Of a stretch of DNA of 64,000 bases, positions 36,210 to 47,580 are shown piece after piece; position 1 is the first letter of the stretch, and every line of letters starts with the position of its first letter. This DNA is from an uncultured Actinomycetota bacterium (GTDB lineage: Bacteria; Actinomycetota; Thermoleophilia; RBG-16-64-13): NCBI GenBank assembly GCA_963822135.1, contig CAWGGI010000001.1, forward strand, positions 200,511 to 264,510. The letters are read 5' to 3'. The notes beneath the pieces are model-generated. The model was not told where the DNA came from. It was given only the letters and a program-made list of their open reading frames with translations, and ran no database searches. Made by a program: the position numbers and the translations under genes.

Positions 36210-37230
36210 GTGACTGAGGGTATCGATCTCGCCATAGTGGGCGGCGGACCGGCAGGACTGACGGCCGCGATCTACGGCGCACGGGCGAGGGTGAAGACGG
36301 TCGTGTTCGAGACGGCCTTCCCAGGGGGACAGATCGTGTCGGCCTCGTGGGTGGAGAACTATCCCGGCTTTCCCAACGGGGTGAGCGGCGCGGATCTTGG
36401 GGACCTCATCTACCAGCAGGCGCAGGCCGCCGGTGCCGAATTCCATAACATCTCCCCCGTGGAGGCGATACACCGCAAGGGGCAGGACTTCGTGCTCGTG
36501 GTGGACGGCAAAGAGGTTGACGCTCGCGTGGTCATACTGGCCACCGGGGCCATCCCCAAGAAGCTGGGAGTCCCGGGGGAGGCGGAGTTCACCGGCCGCG
36601 GCGTGTCATGGTGCGCCACCTGCGACGGACCCCTCTATCGCGATAAGACGGTCGCGGTGGTAGGAGGTGGGGACTCGGCCACTCAGGAAGCCCTCTATCT
36701 GACGAAGATAGCCAACGAGGTGCACATCATCCACCGCCGGGACGAATTGCGCGCGACTCAGTGCCTGCAGGAGGAGTGCTTCTTCCATCCCCAGATCACG
36801 ATGCACCTGTCCTACACCATCTCCGAGATCATAGGGGAGGCGGGGAAGATCACAGGGCTGCGGCTTCTCTCCAAGACCGATGGCGGCGAGAAGATCCTCC
36901 CTGTCGACGGCCTGTTCGAGTTCGTGGGTATCGACGCGCAGAGCGAACTCGTGGCCGATCTGTGCGAGCTCAACGAGGGCGGCTTCGTGAAGGTGGACAA
37001 GGAACGGTATGACCTCGTGTCCGGGGCTGTTCGCCGCCGGTGACGTCTGCGACTACTCGCTCAAGCAGGTGGTCACCGCCTGCGCCCGCGGGGCGTTCGC
37101 CGCGAACGCCGCCGGCGTTCTACTTGGAGAACCGGGCCCGCAGTTCCTGATCGCACAGTTGGCTGAGGTTGACCACCTCGGCCTCCACACCCGCCTGCTT
37201 CAGTCCGTAGGCGAGTTGCATCATGCATGA
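36210..37230 (+). CDS. trxB: Thioredoxin-disulfide reductase, apparent frameshift near 37010; 3' end uncertain
   Basis: GIDLAIVGGGPAGLTAAIYGARA...WCATCDGPLYRDKTVAVVGGGDSA (redox CATC)...; C-terminus GLFAAGDVCDYSLKQVVTACARG in the ORF 37009..37230 frame. GTG start with AAGGGAGGA RBS. Confidence 0.8.
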
Positions 37231-38559
37231 CGGGCACTCGGTAGCCACCACGGTGGCGCCCGTATCCTTGATGAAGCCGGCCTTGCGGTCGACGATCGCG
37301 GACGAGGTCTCCGGGTGGAGCACCCCGTAGGTGCCGGCGGCGCCGCAGCAGGAATCCGATTCGGCGGCCTCCCGGAACTCGTACCCCTCCAGCGAGCTCA
37401 GTATGGCTCGGGGCTGGACGGTCACGTTCTGGTAGCGCCTGCCCAGGTGGCAGGGATCGTGATAGGTGACGACGACGGGCTCCGAGAGGGACGGTGCCTG
37501 CCCGGTCGCCGCCCCGGCCGCGCGCGTCGCCACGCCCGCCAACCCGCCGCGCTCCGCGACGAACTCGCTGAAGCTGCGGACCTTCGCCGTCAGAGCCGCG
37601 GCGCGCGCCGACCACTCGGCGTCGTCGGCCAGCAACTCCTCGTATTCCTTGAGATGCCCCGAGCAGCTCCCGCACTCCGACACGATGGCATCGAACCGAG
37701 ATACATCCCCGACCCGGCGCAGGTTCTCCCGCGCGAGAGCGGTGGCCGCTTCCAGGTCGCCGTATCCGTAGGCCGCCAGACCGCAGCAGCAGTTGTCCAG
37801 CACTTCCACCCGGTTTCCGAGACGCTCGAGCACGCGCACCGTCGCCTCTCCGACCTCGGGCAGGACGTAGTTGTAGCCGCAGGACATCCAATAGCCCACC
37901 AGCGGCGCTCTCGGAGCGGACTCGGCCGCGGAGGCCGCGGAGGCGGCGGGTGCGGCTTGGGGCCCCGTCGCGGAGCCGGCGCGGACGGCGCCTGCCGGAG
38001 CGCGCTTCTTGAGCCTGGTGTGGAGGAGTGGCCCGGGTGTGCCCTCGCGAAGTTCCATGGCGCGTTCGAGCTTGGGATTCAGCAGGCCGATCAGACCGGC
38101 CCTGCGGGCGAGGTCGGGGAGGCCGGTCCGGCGCAGTACCCAGATCGTCTGGACCAGCCCGCGCATGAGCCGCGGCCGCGGGAGCAGGATGCGGAACACT
38201 CCGCGCTGGAGCAGGCCCCGACCGAACCGATCGGCGTAGGCGTGGCGGAACGACACCACCACTTTGTCGGTCTTGACCGCCGAGAAGCAGCTCTCCGTAC
38301 ACGCCCGGCAGAGCAGGCAGTTGGCAAACGCTTCCTTGGTGTCGGGCCCTATGTCGGTACGCTCTTCGATGATGTTCCGGTACAGCGCGATCTTGCCGCG
38401 GGCGACGTTCGCCTCGCGCCCTGTGGCCCTGAATATGGGGCAGGTGGGCTGACAGAATCCGCACTTGCCGCAGGTGACGACGTGGTCGTAAAGCGCCTGG
38501 AACTCCTCCGGCGGCGGGTTGCCCGCGGCGTTGGCCGCGACCGGTGCTTGGCTGTTCAT
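37120..38559 (-). CDS. glcF: Glycolate oxidase iron-sulfur subunit GlcF
   Basis: MNSQAPV...VVTCGKCGFCQPTCP...CLLCRACTESC (two 4Fe-4S motifs)...two CCG domains (ECGSCSGHL, TECPSCMMQL). The start ATG overlaps the glcE stop. Confidence 0.8.
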   Translation of the reverse strand: MNSQAPVAANAAGNPPPEEFQALYDHVVTCGKCGFCQPTCPIFRATGREANVARGKIALYRNIIEERTDIGPDTKEAFANCLLCRACTESCFSAVKTDKVVVSFRHAYADRFGRGLLQRGVFRILLPRPRLMRGLVQTIWVLRRTGLPDLARRAGLIGLLNPKLERAMELREGTPGPLLHTRLKKRAPAGAVRAGSATGPQAAPAASAASAAESAPRAPLVGYWMSCGYNYVLPEVGEATVRVLERLGNRVEVLDNCCCGLAAYGYGDLEAATALARENLRRVGDVSRFDAIVSECGSCSGHLKEYEELLADDAEWSARAAALTAKVRSFSEFVAERGGLAGVATRAAGAATGQAPSLSEPVVVTYHDPCHLGRRYQNVTVQPRAILSSLEGYEFREAAESDSCCGAAGTYGVLHPETSSAIVDRKAGFIKDTGATVVATECPSCMMQLAYGLKQAGVEAEVVNLSQLCDQELRARFSK

Positions 38560-39858
38560 CAGAGACCGCCCACGAAGCGTCCGGGATTGAGGATACGGTT
38601 GGGGTCGAAGCGCTCCTTGATGCGCCTCATGAGCTCCAGGGCAGGACCCACATCGCCCCACGGGTCGAAGCCGACGGGGAGCAGCGATGATCCCTGGGTG
38701 ACGAAGAGCGAGCCTCCGAGCGCAGACGGCCTCCGCTCGTACCCGCGAGACACATCGGGCAGCGCGGTCCGCCTCGGGATCGAGGGCGGCGCTGTTTCCA
38801 GACCGGTCCGCGAACACCAGGTCGACGCGTCCTCGAGCCGTTCCGGCGCGATAGGTAACTGAGAACCCTGCCTCCTCGGCGCACCGCATGGCCGCCTCGA
38901 CGAGGTCGAGAGAGCGGCTGATAGGGACGCTCGCCCGGGCGGAGATCTGGTGAGCACCGTCGGGGACTATCGCGCCCGTCGCCGCGAGATGGTCGTACAC
39001 GGTCTCTGCGGTCTTGCCGCCAAGGACCTCCGGTGTCGGACCCGAGTGGGCCTCGATCACCTCTCGGACCGAACGGTCCACAGCGGCTCGGTGTCCCGCG
39101 AACCCTGCCAGGAGCACGGGGCCGCCGGCGTGCGCGGCGGCCGCCGGGCCGCCCGCGACTTCCGGCGAGAGCCCGTCGGACGACACCACCTCCAATGCCA
39201 GAGGCTGCAGGTGGGAGCCGAGTATCCCGGCCACGATCGTCTTGGCCCGTCCCAGCGAGGGAAGCGGCAGGACGATCAGTGCCTGTGTGTCGAAACGGGG
39301 GAGAAGGCGAAACGTGACCTCGGTGATGACCCCCAGGACACCGAACGACCCCACGAACAGCTTGGTCATGTCGTAGCCGGTGACGTTCTTCATGGTCCGT
39401 CCGCCGAACTTGACAGCGCTACCGTCGGCCAGCGTCGCCCTCACCCCGAGCACCACATCCCGCAGCCCGCCGTAGCCGGCCGTCCGAGCACCCTGATCGC
39501 CCGTCGCCGTCACGCCCCCGATGGTCGCCTGGCTGGGAGCGACCGGATCCAGCGGCAGGATACGGTCCACCGCTTCCGCCTGCGCGCGGGCCTCGGCTAC
39601 CCCGGTACCTGCCGCAACCGAAAGGGTGAGATTGTCCGGGTCGACATCGGAGAATCCGCGGAGACCGGTGGTGCCGACGAGCAGGTCGAGCCGGTCGGGG
39701 CGATTGCCCCAGCCCTGCTTTGTCGAGCCGCCGGCGATGCAGCACTTCGTGCCCTCCGCATTGGCGCGGGCGAGGATCTCGCCCAACTGAGCCTCGCCGG
39801 TGGGGCAGACCTCACTGCCGGCCGTCATGCCGTGGATGGCCCGGGTGTCGCTAGGCAC
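38559..39858 (-). CDS. glcE: Glycolate oxidase FAD-binding subunit GlcE, apparent frameshift(s) in the C-terminal third
   Basis: FAD-binding PCMH domain ...KCCIAGGSTKQGWG...VTGYDMTKLFVGSFGVLGVITEVTFRLLP in the ORF 37120..39858 frame. The C-terminus ...ALELMRRIKERFDPNRILNPGRFVGGL is in the ORF 38559..38957 frame. Confidence 0.75.
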
Positions 39859-41272
39859 CGATAGCCGCCTCGACGTGCTGCGGCTGCGCCGCGCGCGCGG
39901 TGCCTCTCAACAACTTGCCGGGATTGGCCAGGCCGTGAGGGTCGAAGGCATCCTTGACGAACCCCTGCGCCCGCAGATCGTTCGCGGTGAACACCAGCGG
40001 CAGCGCGTCCAGTTTCTCCACACCGATGCCGTGCTCCCCGCTCACCGTCCCTCCCAGTTCGGCGCAGACCTTCAGCACTTCCATCCCGGCCGCCGTCACT
40101 CTTTCCACATCCGCCGGCACCCGGCTGTCGAAGAGTAGCAAGGGATGGAGATTGCCGTCGCCGGCGTGGAACACGCTGGCGATCTCGAGTTCGTAGCGGC
40201 ACCCGATCTCAGCCACGCGGCGCAGCGCCTCCGGCAGCTTGGTGCGCGGCACCGTGCCGTCGGCGACCATGTAATTGGGAGCGAGGCGGGAGATGGAGCC
40301 GAAGGCTCCCTTGCGCCCTCGCCAGAGGGCGGCTCTCTCGTTCTCGTCTTGCGCGATCCGGATCTCCCTCACGCCGTTCGCCAGGCAGATGCGGGTGATG
40401 TCCTCGGCCATCTCGTCCATGCCGTCTCGCAGACCATCGAGCTCGATGAGAAGCACCGCGGAGGCGTCCCGGGGAAAGCCGCACGACATGCTGTCCTCTA
40501 TGGCGTTGATGGTGCGGTTGTCCACCATCTCCAGTGTCGCCGGGACCAGGCCCGCCGCCACTATCGCCGAGACCACGTTGCCGCCATCCTGCAGGGAGTC
40601 GCACACGGCCAGCAGCGTCTTGACCGCCTCCGGTTTGCGGAGGATGCGAAGAATGGCGGTGGTGGCTATCCCCAGAGTCCCTTCGCTGCCCACGAAGAGA
40701 CCCGTCAGATCGAGGCCGAAAGGATCGGCATTCTTACCCCCGAACCAGACGATCCGGCCATCGGCCAGGACCACCTCCAGCCCGGTCACGTGGTTGGAAG
40801 TGACACCGTACTTGAAGCAATGCGGCCCACCTGCGTTCTCGGCGATGTTGCCGCCCAGCGAGCAGGCCTTCTGGCTCGCCGGATCGGGCGCGTAGTAGTA
40901 GCCGAGAGGGGAGAGGATCGTGGAGATATCGAGATTGAAGATGCCCACCTGCACGGTCATGCGCTGGTTGGCGATGTCTATCTCGAGCACCCTGTTCATC
41001 CGGCTCATCTCGAGCACGACAGCGTCATCGAGAGCGAGCGAACCCCCACTCAGATTGGTGCCGCAGCCGCGAGGTACGAAAGGGATGCCGTGCCGGTGGA
41101 GGACCCCGAGGACCGCGGACACTTCCTGCGTGGTATGGACGAAGACCACCGCGCGCGGCGCCGACCGCTCGAGGTAGGCGTCGTACTCGTAGGTCTGGAG
41201 ATCGACGGGCCGGTCGAGCACGTCGTCCGCCCCGACTATGGCCCGTAATTCATCTGCCAGTGGTCGACCCAA
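39851..41272 (-). CDS. glcD: Glycolate oxidase subunit GlcD (FAD-linked oxidase)
   Basis: Intact 473 aa; [37 protein letters not shown]...[14 protein letters not shown]...[11 protein letters not shown]. Confidence 0.85.
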   Translation of the reverse strand: MGRPLADELRAIVGADDVLDRPVDLQTYEYDAYLERSAPRAVVFVHTTQEVSAVLGVLHRHGIPFVPRGCGTNLSGGSLALDDAVVLEMSRMNRVLEIDIANQRMTVQVGIFNLDISTILSPLGYYYAPDPASQKACSLGGNIAENAGGPHCFKYGVTSNHVTGLEVVLADGRIVWFGGKNADPFGLDLTGLFVGSEGTLGIATTAILRILRKPEAVKTLLAVCDSLQDGGNVVSAIVAAGLVPATLEMVDNRTINAIEDSMSCGFPRDASAVLLIELDGLRDGMDEMAEDITRICLANGVREIRIAQDENERAALWRGRKGAFGSISRLAPNYMVADGTVPRTKLPEALRRVAEIGCRYELEIASVFHAGDGNLHPLLLFDSRVPADVERVTAAGMEVLKVCAELGGTVSGEHGIGVEKLDALPLVFTANDLRAQGFVKDAFDPHGLANPGKLLRGTARAAQPQHVEAAIGA

Positions 41273-41368
41273 CGCGAGAAAACTCCGATCTTCATGCGGA
41301 ACGAGCCCGCGGCGGCGTTTCGCCTGCTATCTTACCGGAGGTCTTATGTGCGTACGAGGAGGCGGAGG

Positions 41369-42575
41369 ATGGCACCAGCAGCGGATATCCACGAGTATCG
41401 CGACCTCGATCCGGCGACGCGGGTCCTGATGGGCCCCGGACCCAGCGACGTGCCCCCGCGGGTGCTGCGGGCCATGGCGGCCCCCACCATCGGGCACCTC
41501 GACCCCGAGTTTCTCACCCTGATGTCGGAGACGCAGCAACTTCTCCGCGACGTGTTTCAGACCCAGAACGCGCTCACCATCCCCGTGTCGGGGACCGGAA
41601 GCGCCGGCATGGAGGCCTGCTTCGTCAACTTGGTCGAGCCGGGTGATGAGGTGGCCATCGTGGTCAACGGGGTGTTCGGCACCCGCATGGTCGACTGTGC
41701 CGGCAGACTGGGAGCCGAGGTCATCCCCATCGAGGCCGAATGGGGCAGGGCCGTGGACCCTGCGGCGGTGGAGGCGGCGCTCAAGGGCCGGCGGCCGAAG
41801 ATCTTTGCCGTCGTCCACGCCGAGACCTCTACCGGCGTGTGTCAGCCGCTCGCGGACATCCTCAGGATCGCAAAGGACAGCGGCGCGCTCGTGCTGCTCG
41901 ACTGCGTCACTTCCCTGGGAGGGGTGGAGGTCGCTCTCGATGCCTGGGGGATCGATGCCGCCTTCAGCGGGACCCAGAAGTGCCTGTCTTGCCCGCCGGG
42001 TCTGGCTCCGCTCTCGTTCAACGAGACGGCCGTGGATAAGCTGCTGACCCGCAAGACGAAGGTGCCGTCCTGGTACTTGGACCTCACCATGGTGCGCGAC
42101 TACTGGGGTTCGCAGCGCAAGTACCACCATACGGCGCCCATCAACATGATCTACGCCCTGCGAGAGGCTCTGCGCGTCGTCCTGGAGGAGGGACTGGAGG
42201 CCCGTTTCGCCCGGCACCAGGCTGAATCACGAGGCGCTGGTGGCCGGGGTCGAGGCGATGGGCCTGAGTATGCTGGTGCCTCCGGCCGAGCGACTGGCCA
42301 GCCTGAACGCGGTCGTCGTCCCGGAAGGGGCGGACGACGCGGGTACCCGGAAGGCGCTCCTGCAGCAGTTCGGCCTCGAGATCGGGGCCGGCCTGGGGCC
42401 GCTCGCCGGCAAGATGTGGCGCGTCGGCCTACAGGGTCATTCGGCCACGGAACGCAACGTGCTGCTCTTCTTGGCGGCGCTCGAGGCGGTGCTCAGAGCT
42501 CAGGGGGTCAAGGTGGGGCCCGACGGCCCGCAGGCGGCGGAAGCGGTCTACGCGCAGTCGCGTCAGGCGTCGTAG
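41369..42575 (+). CDS. Class V aminotransferase (serine/alanine-glyoxylate aminotransferase family), apparent frameshift near 42215
   Basis: [18 protein letters not shown]...[10 protein letters not shown]...[19 protein letters not shown] (ORF 41294..42640), then ...[29 protein letters not shown]...[15 protein letters not shown] (ORF 42240..42575). GGAGG RBS. Confidence 0.8.
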
Positions 42576-42636
42576 ACGCGGCCTGCGCCCTGCCGCGCCT
42601 GCGCGCCTGCCGCAGCGACGCCCTGTCGCACCGGCG

Positions 42637-43631
42637 CTAGGGGCGTCGCGGCGCGTAGGTCGACACGACGACCGCCACGGTAGTCTCGATCTCTTCTTCG
42701 AGGTCGGCGAGGCGCGCCATCAGATCAGGCGCGCGCATGTGGCGTGCGCTCGGGCCCATGGCCGCGAGCGCCCCCGCCTCCTCCGGCGACAGCCGCAGTC
42801 GCTCCTCGTAGGGTATGCGGTCCTTCAGGACGAAATCGTTCTCCAGAGCCCGGGTCAGCCGTTCCGACTTCCGTTCGTCCACGGTCAGCAGTCTCAGGAA
42901 GGACACGAGTTCCTCGAGGTGGTTCGGAGACGGGGTGACCACCACCAGCGCTCCTTCGGGACGCAGCACGCGCCTGAACTCAGACGGGTTACGGGGGGCG
43001 AAGACGTCGAGAACCAGGTCGGCACAGCCATCGGCCACGGGAAGGGCGCCCCAGGCGTCGCAGACCACGGCCGCGGCGCGCGCGTGCGCCCGCGCGGCGC
43101 GGCGCGCGGCGAACTTGGAGATGTCGAGGGCCAGGCCCACCCTTTCCGGCAGGCGATCGAGCACCGCCGCAAGATAGTAGCCGGTGCCCGCGCCGACTTC
43201 GACGACACAGCCGGGGCCCTTCCCCGCCCCCGTCGCGCCGGGGTCGGCGGCGGCGTCGGGCGCGCTCCTCTCGGCGGCGAGCTCGTCGCGCTCGCCTCCG
43301 TGGCTTCGTCCGCCGCGCCGCCGTCGGTGGCGCCGCCTACCGCCCGCTCGGCCGCATCGCACACGACCCCGCGAAGCCCGGAGAAATGCCCGGAAGCAAG
43401 GAAGCTTTCTCTCGCCGCTACCATCTCGGCCGTGTCGGCCGTTCCCGGACGGGCGTCACCCGGCAGCAGATTGACGTAGCCCTGCCGAGCAACGTCGAAA
43501 GAATGCCCATTGGGGCAGCGGAGCGAGCCGCCGGGGGTGGCGGAAAGATCGCCGCGGCAGAGGGGGCAGCGCAGCAGCAGCGCGGCTCCGGCTGGGAAGC
43601 TTCTCGGAGAACGGTTCGTCGTGGCGGCCAT
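42637..43631 (-). CDS. rlmA: 23S rRNA (guanine745-N1)-methyltransferase RlmA-like, apparent frameshift near 43300
   Basis: Zn-ribbon [11 protein letters not shown]...[21 protein letters not shown] (ORF 42894..43718 frame), then the SAM-MTase domain [15 protein letters not shown]...[28 protein letters not shown] (ORF 42637..43362). Confidence 0.7.
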
Positions 43632-43653
43632 CTCGAGCGCCCGGTCCGCGGTA

Positions 43654-44658
43654 TCAGGCCCGAACGCGCAGGCGCTTCGGGACGACCTCCACACTGAGGG
43701 GTAGGGAGCCGAGCGCATCCCCGTCGACGTCGAGCAAGAACTTCGACTCCGCAGTCTCGTCCTCGAGATGCAGTTCGACCCGCGTGCACGGGAAGTGATG
43801 GACCGTCGGCACCTCCAGGTGCCGGCCCGCGTAGACGCTCTGGATGCGCTTGAGGATGTACGGCTTGTTGGGCGCGGTGACTGTGATCACTTCCAGGCGG
43901 CCGTCATCGGGGAGCGCCATGGGCGCTACGTCCATGCCGCCGCCGAACCAACGCCCGTTGCAGATGGCCACCAGGTAGGCCGGTAACGTCTCCTCACGGG
44001 TCTGGCCCTGCCACTCGACCGTGGCCCGCACCCGCCGTTCCTCGCTCACGGCGACAGCGCGGAGCGCGGCCAGGTAGTATCCGATCCGTCCCGGGACGAA
44101 CGAGGGCATGGAATCGATGAAGAGGTCCACCAGACCACCGAGTCCGGCCGAGAGGACGTTCACGAAGTAGCGCCGCACCGGTGCCCCGTCCGGATCGCGG
44201 AACTCGGCTCGGACCACGTCGATGTATCTGTCTCCGGCGCCGGCGAGCGTCTCCAGGGAACCCTCGATGCCCGCACCGATTCCCAGAGTGCGGCGAAAGT
44301 CGCCTCCCGTGCCTATGCTCACCAAGCCGACCGACGGGGCTGCTGCGGCAACCGACGGGGCCGCGCGGCAATCGACGGGGCCGCCGCAGCATCCAACGGG
44401 GCCCCTCCGCTCCTCCTCCGCCGACAGCACTCCGTTCACGACCTCGCTGAAGGTCCCGTCGCCCCCAACAGCTACAATGAGCGGGTGGCCGGCGATAGCC
44501 CCAGCGCGGGCGAGTTCCGTGGCGTGACCACGTCGTTCGGTGTAGCGGACGGCCACTTCGCCGTATAGGTGCCGGACGCGGACGAGCAGGCTCGAGATCT
44601 CCTGTGCGGCGCTTCGGGTGCCACACGCCGGGTTCACGATGAAGAGCGGAGGCTGCAT
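43654..44658 (-). CDS. Diacylglycerol-kinase-family lipid kinase (YegS/BmrU-like)
   Basis: FIVNPACGTRSA...LIVAVGGDGTFSEVVNG...GLVSIGTGGDF... Confidence 0.8.
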   Translation of the reverse strand: MQPPLFIVNPACGTRSAAQEISSLLVRVRHLYGEVAVRYTERRGHATELARAGAIAGHPLIVAVGGDGTFSEVVNGVLSAEEERRGPVGCCGGPVDCRAAPSVAAAAPSVGLVSIGTGGDFRRTLGIGAGIEGSLETLAGAGDRYIDVVRAEFRDPDGAPVRRYFVNVLSAGLGGLVDLFIDSMPSFVPGRIGYYLAALRAVAVSEERRVRATVEWQGQTREETLPAYLVAICNGRWFGGGMDVAPMALPDDGRLEVITVTAPNKPYILKRIQSVYAGRHLEVPTVHHFPCTRVELHLEDETAESKFLLDVDGDALGSLPLSVEVVPKRLRVRA

Positions 44659-45586
44659 GTCCCCAGGCTATCAAGCTTTCGAGGATGTCAGTTGGCGGCC
44701 GCTCACGGCCGCCGATGCGGAGGCCGTCTACCTGCTCGAAGCTGCCGGGGAGTTGTACGCGGATGGCGAGGTCGAGATCGCGCTGGCCGACGTCCAAGCC
44801 GATTGGAGCCGCCCCGACTTCGACCCCATGACGATGTCGCTGGGGGCCTTTGCGGGGCCACAGCTCATCGCCTATGCGCAGGTGATGCACGGCCGCGCGG
44901 AGGCGCTCGTCCACCCGGAGTACCTGGGAAGAGGACTGGGCACGCACCTGGCCCGATGGACCTGGGAGGTGGCGCGCTCCGAAGGGCGCGACCGGGTGGG
45001 GCAGACCATATCCGACAGCGAGCGCTCCGCGGCCGCGCTCTTCGAATCGCTTGGCTACGCGCCCGGCTTCACCGCATGGATACTCCGGATCAGCCTCACC
45101 CACCCCCGACCCGTCCCGTCGCTGCCCGAGGGCTATCGCTTCCGCCCCTACCGGCCCGGTGAGGACGACACGGCTGTCTACCGGCTCATCGACGAGGCGT
45201 TCGACGAGTGGCGCAACGCCGACAGCGAGTCGATGGGCTTCGAGAACTGGGCGGCGTCCACGCTCCACAGCGTCGCGCCGGACTGGGTGGTCCTCATCAC
45301 CGACCCACGGGGACTGCTGGTCGGAACTGCCATCAGCCTGGACTACGGTCCCGACGAAGAAGGGTGGATCGAGCAAGTGGCGGTGCACAAGGCCCACAGA
45401 GGGCAAGGCCTGGGTGGGGCTCTGCTGGAGGAGAGTTTTCGCCGCTTTCGAGAATCCGGACGAACACGCGCCGGTGTCTCCACGGATTCGCGCACGGGCG
45501 CCCTCGGCCTCTACCAGCACGCGGGCATGTCGATCGCGCGGAGCTATACGCGCTGGGTCAAGACCGGTCTGCAGTCCCCATCGTGA
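44657..45586 (+). CDS. Tandem GNAT-domain N-acetyltransferase (MshD-like architecture)
   Basis: Two acetyl-CoA motif regions: HPEYLGRGLGTHL and VAVHKAHRGQGLGGALL; about 300 aa. Confidence 0.6.
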   Translation: MSPGYQAFEDVSWRPLTAADAEAVYLLEAAGELYADGEVEIALADVQADWSRPDFDPMTMSLGAFAGPQLIAYAQVMHGRAEALVHPEYLGRGLGTHLARWTWEVARSEGRDRVGQTISDSERSAAALFESLGYAPGFTAWILRISLTHPRPVPSLPEGYRFRPYRPGEDDTAVYRLIDEAFDEWRNADSESMGFENWAASTLHSVAPDWVVLITDPRGLLVGTAISLDYGPDEEGWIEQVAVHKAHRGQGLGGALLEESFRRFRESGRTRAGVSTDSRTGALGLYQHAGMSIARSYTRWVKTGLQSPS

Positions 45587-45619
45587 CCGGCGTCAGCGCG
45601 CGGCCACGTTGGTGTCGCT

Positions 45620-46864
45620 CTAGGCCACCGGGGTCAGGAATCGAGCCAGGGGGAGGGCCTGGAACCAGGGAGTGCCCAACTGGTCCAGGATCATCCTGAT
45701 GGTGGGTACCTCCAACGCACCAGCGGCAACGAGCGGCACCGATCCAAGCCCCACCTCATCCTGGAAGAACTGGAACTCTCCCAAGACCTCTCCGGCCTCC
45801 ACCGGCAGGGTCAATGCACCCGAGAGTTTCACCTGACCGGTCACCTCGTCCTCTCCCAGAACGCGGCGGGACAGAGACGACGCAGTGATCAGGCGTACCT
45901 GGCGCCCGAGCGGGTCGACGGCCGGTACGTCGGCGACGACCTCCCCCTTGTCGATCAGTTTCGCCATGCGGCACCGTTCGAAGCCATAAGAGAGCAGAGC
46001 CTTGCATTCCGCCGCACGAGTCTGCTCATCCTTGGCTCCGAGGACCACACTGATGAGGGTGAGCCCGTTCTTGGTGGCCGACGCGACCAGGCAGTAGCCC
46101 GCGTAAGGGGTCGAGCCGGTCTTGATGCCGTTGACCCACGACACGTCCCTCATCAGCTCGTTGCTGGTCTTGATGACCCGCGGGGCCACCCCACCGGCGT
46201 GGGGTAGCGTGTATTCCTCGGTCGACACGATGCGCCGGAACACCGGGTCCCTCATCGCGTAGCTCGCCAGCGTGGCCATATCCTTGGCCGAGGAGTAGTG
46301 GGTCTCGGCATGCAGCCCGCTGGGGTTCGCGAAATGGGTCTTGGTGAGACCCAGCTCCTCCGCCTTCGCATTCATCTTTGCCACGAAGGCTTTGACACTG
46401 CCCGCCTCGGCGATGGCCAGCGTGACGGCCGCGTCGTTGGCGCTGGGCACCATCGTCGCGTAGAGCAGTTGCTTGACCGTGAAGGACTCGCCGGCGCGGA
46501 GTCCCAAGGCGGATCCCGCCACGCCCACCGCCGCTCTGGGCACCTTCACCTTCTCGTCGAGGGACATCGATTCCAGGATGAGGATGGCCGTCATGATCTT
46601 GGTGGTGGAGGCCATCTCCAGCCGCTTGTCGGCGTTCCGGGAATAGAGCACTTTGCCCGTGGCCGCGTCCATGAGCACTGCGCCCTTGGCAGTGATCCGC
46701 GGAGCCTCGGGTGCCTCGCCGGGGAACTGAGGATATACGAGTATCGGCTCGTCGAGATCGGTGGCAAGCACCGGTGACGACACGACGATAGACAGCGTCG
46801 CGACGAGGAGAGCGAGAATCAGCAGGCCGATCCACGGCCGCTCCATGATCCGCATCGTGCTCAC
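45620..46864 (-). CDS. D-alanyl-D-alanine carboxypeptidase (S11 peptidase, PBP5/DacB-like)
   Basis: Signal/TM N-terminus, SxxK (ASTTKIMT), SAND-like (PSANDAAV), KTG (IKTGST), and a C-terminal PBP5_C-like domain. Confidence 0.85.
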   Translation of the reverse strand: MSTMRIMERPWIGLLILALLVATLSIVVSSPVLATDLDEPILVYPQFPGEAPEAPRITAKGAVLMDAATGKVLYSRNADKRLEMASTTKIMTAILILESMSLDEKVKVPRAAVGVAGSALGLRAGESFTVKQLLYATMVPSANDAAVTLAIAEAGSVKAFVAKMNAKAEELGLTKTHFANPSGLHAETHYSSAKDMATLASYAMRDPVFRRIVSTEEYTLPHAGGVAPRVIKTSNELMRDVSWVNGIKTGSTPYAGYCLVASATKNGLTLISVVLGAKDEQTRAAECKALLSYGFERCRMAKLIDKGEVVADVPAVDPLGRQVRLITASSLSRRVLGEDEVTGQVKLSGALTLPVEAGEVLGEFQFFQDEVGLGSVPLVAAGALEVPTIRMILDQLGTPWFQALPLARFLTPVA

Positions 46865-46877
46865 GGTACGGGTCCCA

Positions 46878-47394
46878 CTACTCCTGCAGGTAGGCCTTGT
46901 CGATCACCACGGGTACCAAGGGTACGTCGCCGTGAGGGCCGCGGGCTCCCGTTTGTACGGCGGCGATGGCGTCGACCACAGCCATGCCCTCCGTCACTTT
47001 GCCGAACACGGCATAGCCCCACCCCTGGGGGGTCTTGGCGGTGTGGTTCAAGAAGTCGTTGTCCTTCAAGTTGATGAAGAACTGGCTGCTTGCGCTGTGG
47101 GGGTCGGAGGTCCGGGCCATCGCGATGGTCCCCCGGTTGTTCTTGAGCCCGTTATCGGCTTCGTTGGCGATGGGGGAGGAGGTCGGCCTTCTGACTCATC
47201 TCCGCCGTGAATCCGCCGCCCTGGATCATGAAGCCGGGGATGACTCGATGGAAGATGGTCCCGTCGAAATGGCCGGACGAGACGTACGACAGGAAGTTGT
47301 CGGTGGTGACGGGAGCTCCGACCCTATCGAGCTCGAGGGTGATGTCTCCGAGGGTCGTCTGCAGCACGATCAGGGGACGAGTCTGCTCCTCCAT
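46878..47394 (-). CDS. Cyclophilin-type peptidyl-prolyl cis-trans isomerase, apparent frameshift near 47150
   Basis: [50 protein letters not shown] (ORF 47152..48156), then [15 protein letters not shown]...[10 protein letters not shown]...[11 protein letters not shown] (ORF 46878..47120). Confidence 0.8.
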
Positions 47395-47580
47395 GTGCTC
47401 TGCCTTTCTGCATTGGGCGATAGGCGGCGCGTCTATGTTCGCACAGGTCCCCGGGTCCTGCACCTCGGTGCCGGGGCACGACCTCTTGTTCCGGCGCCAG
47501 CCCCCGGCGCCGGTCCCACTACTGACGGCCGGCCGCGGCGGCGAGTTTCGTCCTACGTGCAATGAGGGTATGGCTGCTCC

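Noticed and set aside
37315-38862. 515-aa plus-strand ORF
   Set aside because: Antisense to glcF, which has clear Fe-S and CCG motifs. The translation is compositional junk.
44656-44659. Divergent lipid-kinase and GNAT genes apparently sharing a palindromic CATG as overlapping start codons
   Set aside because: At least one of the two starts is probably elsewhere, and the alternative in-frame starts cannot be resolved from sequence alone.
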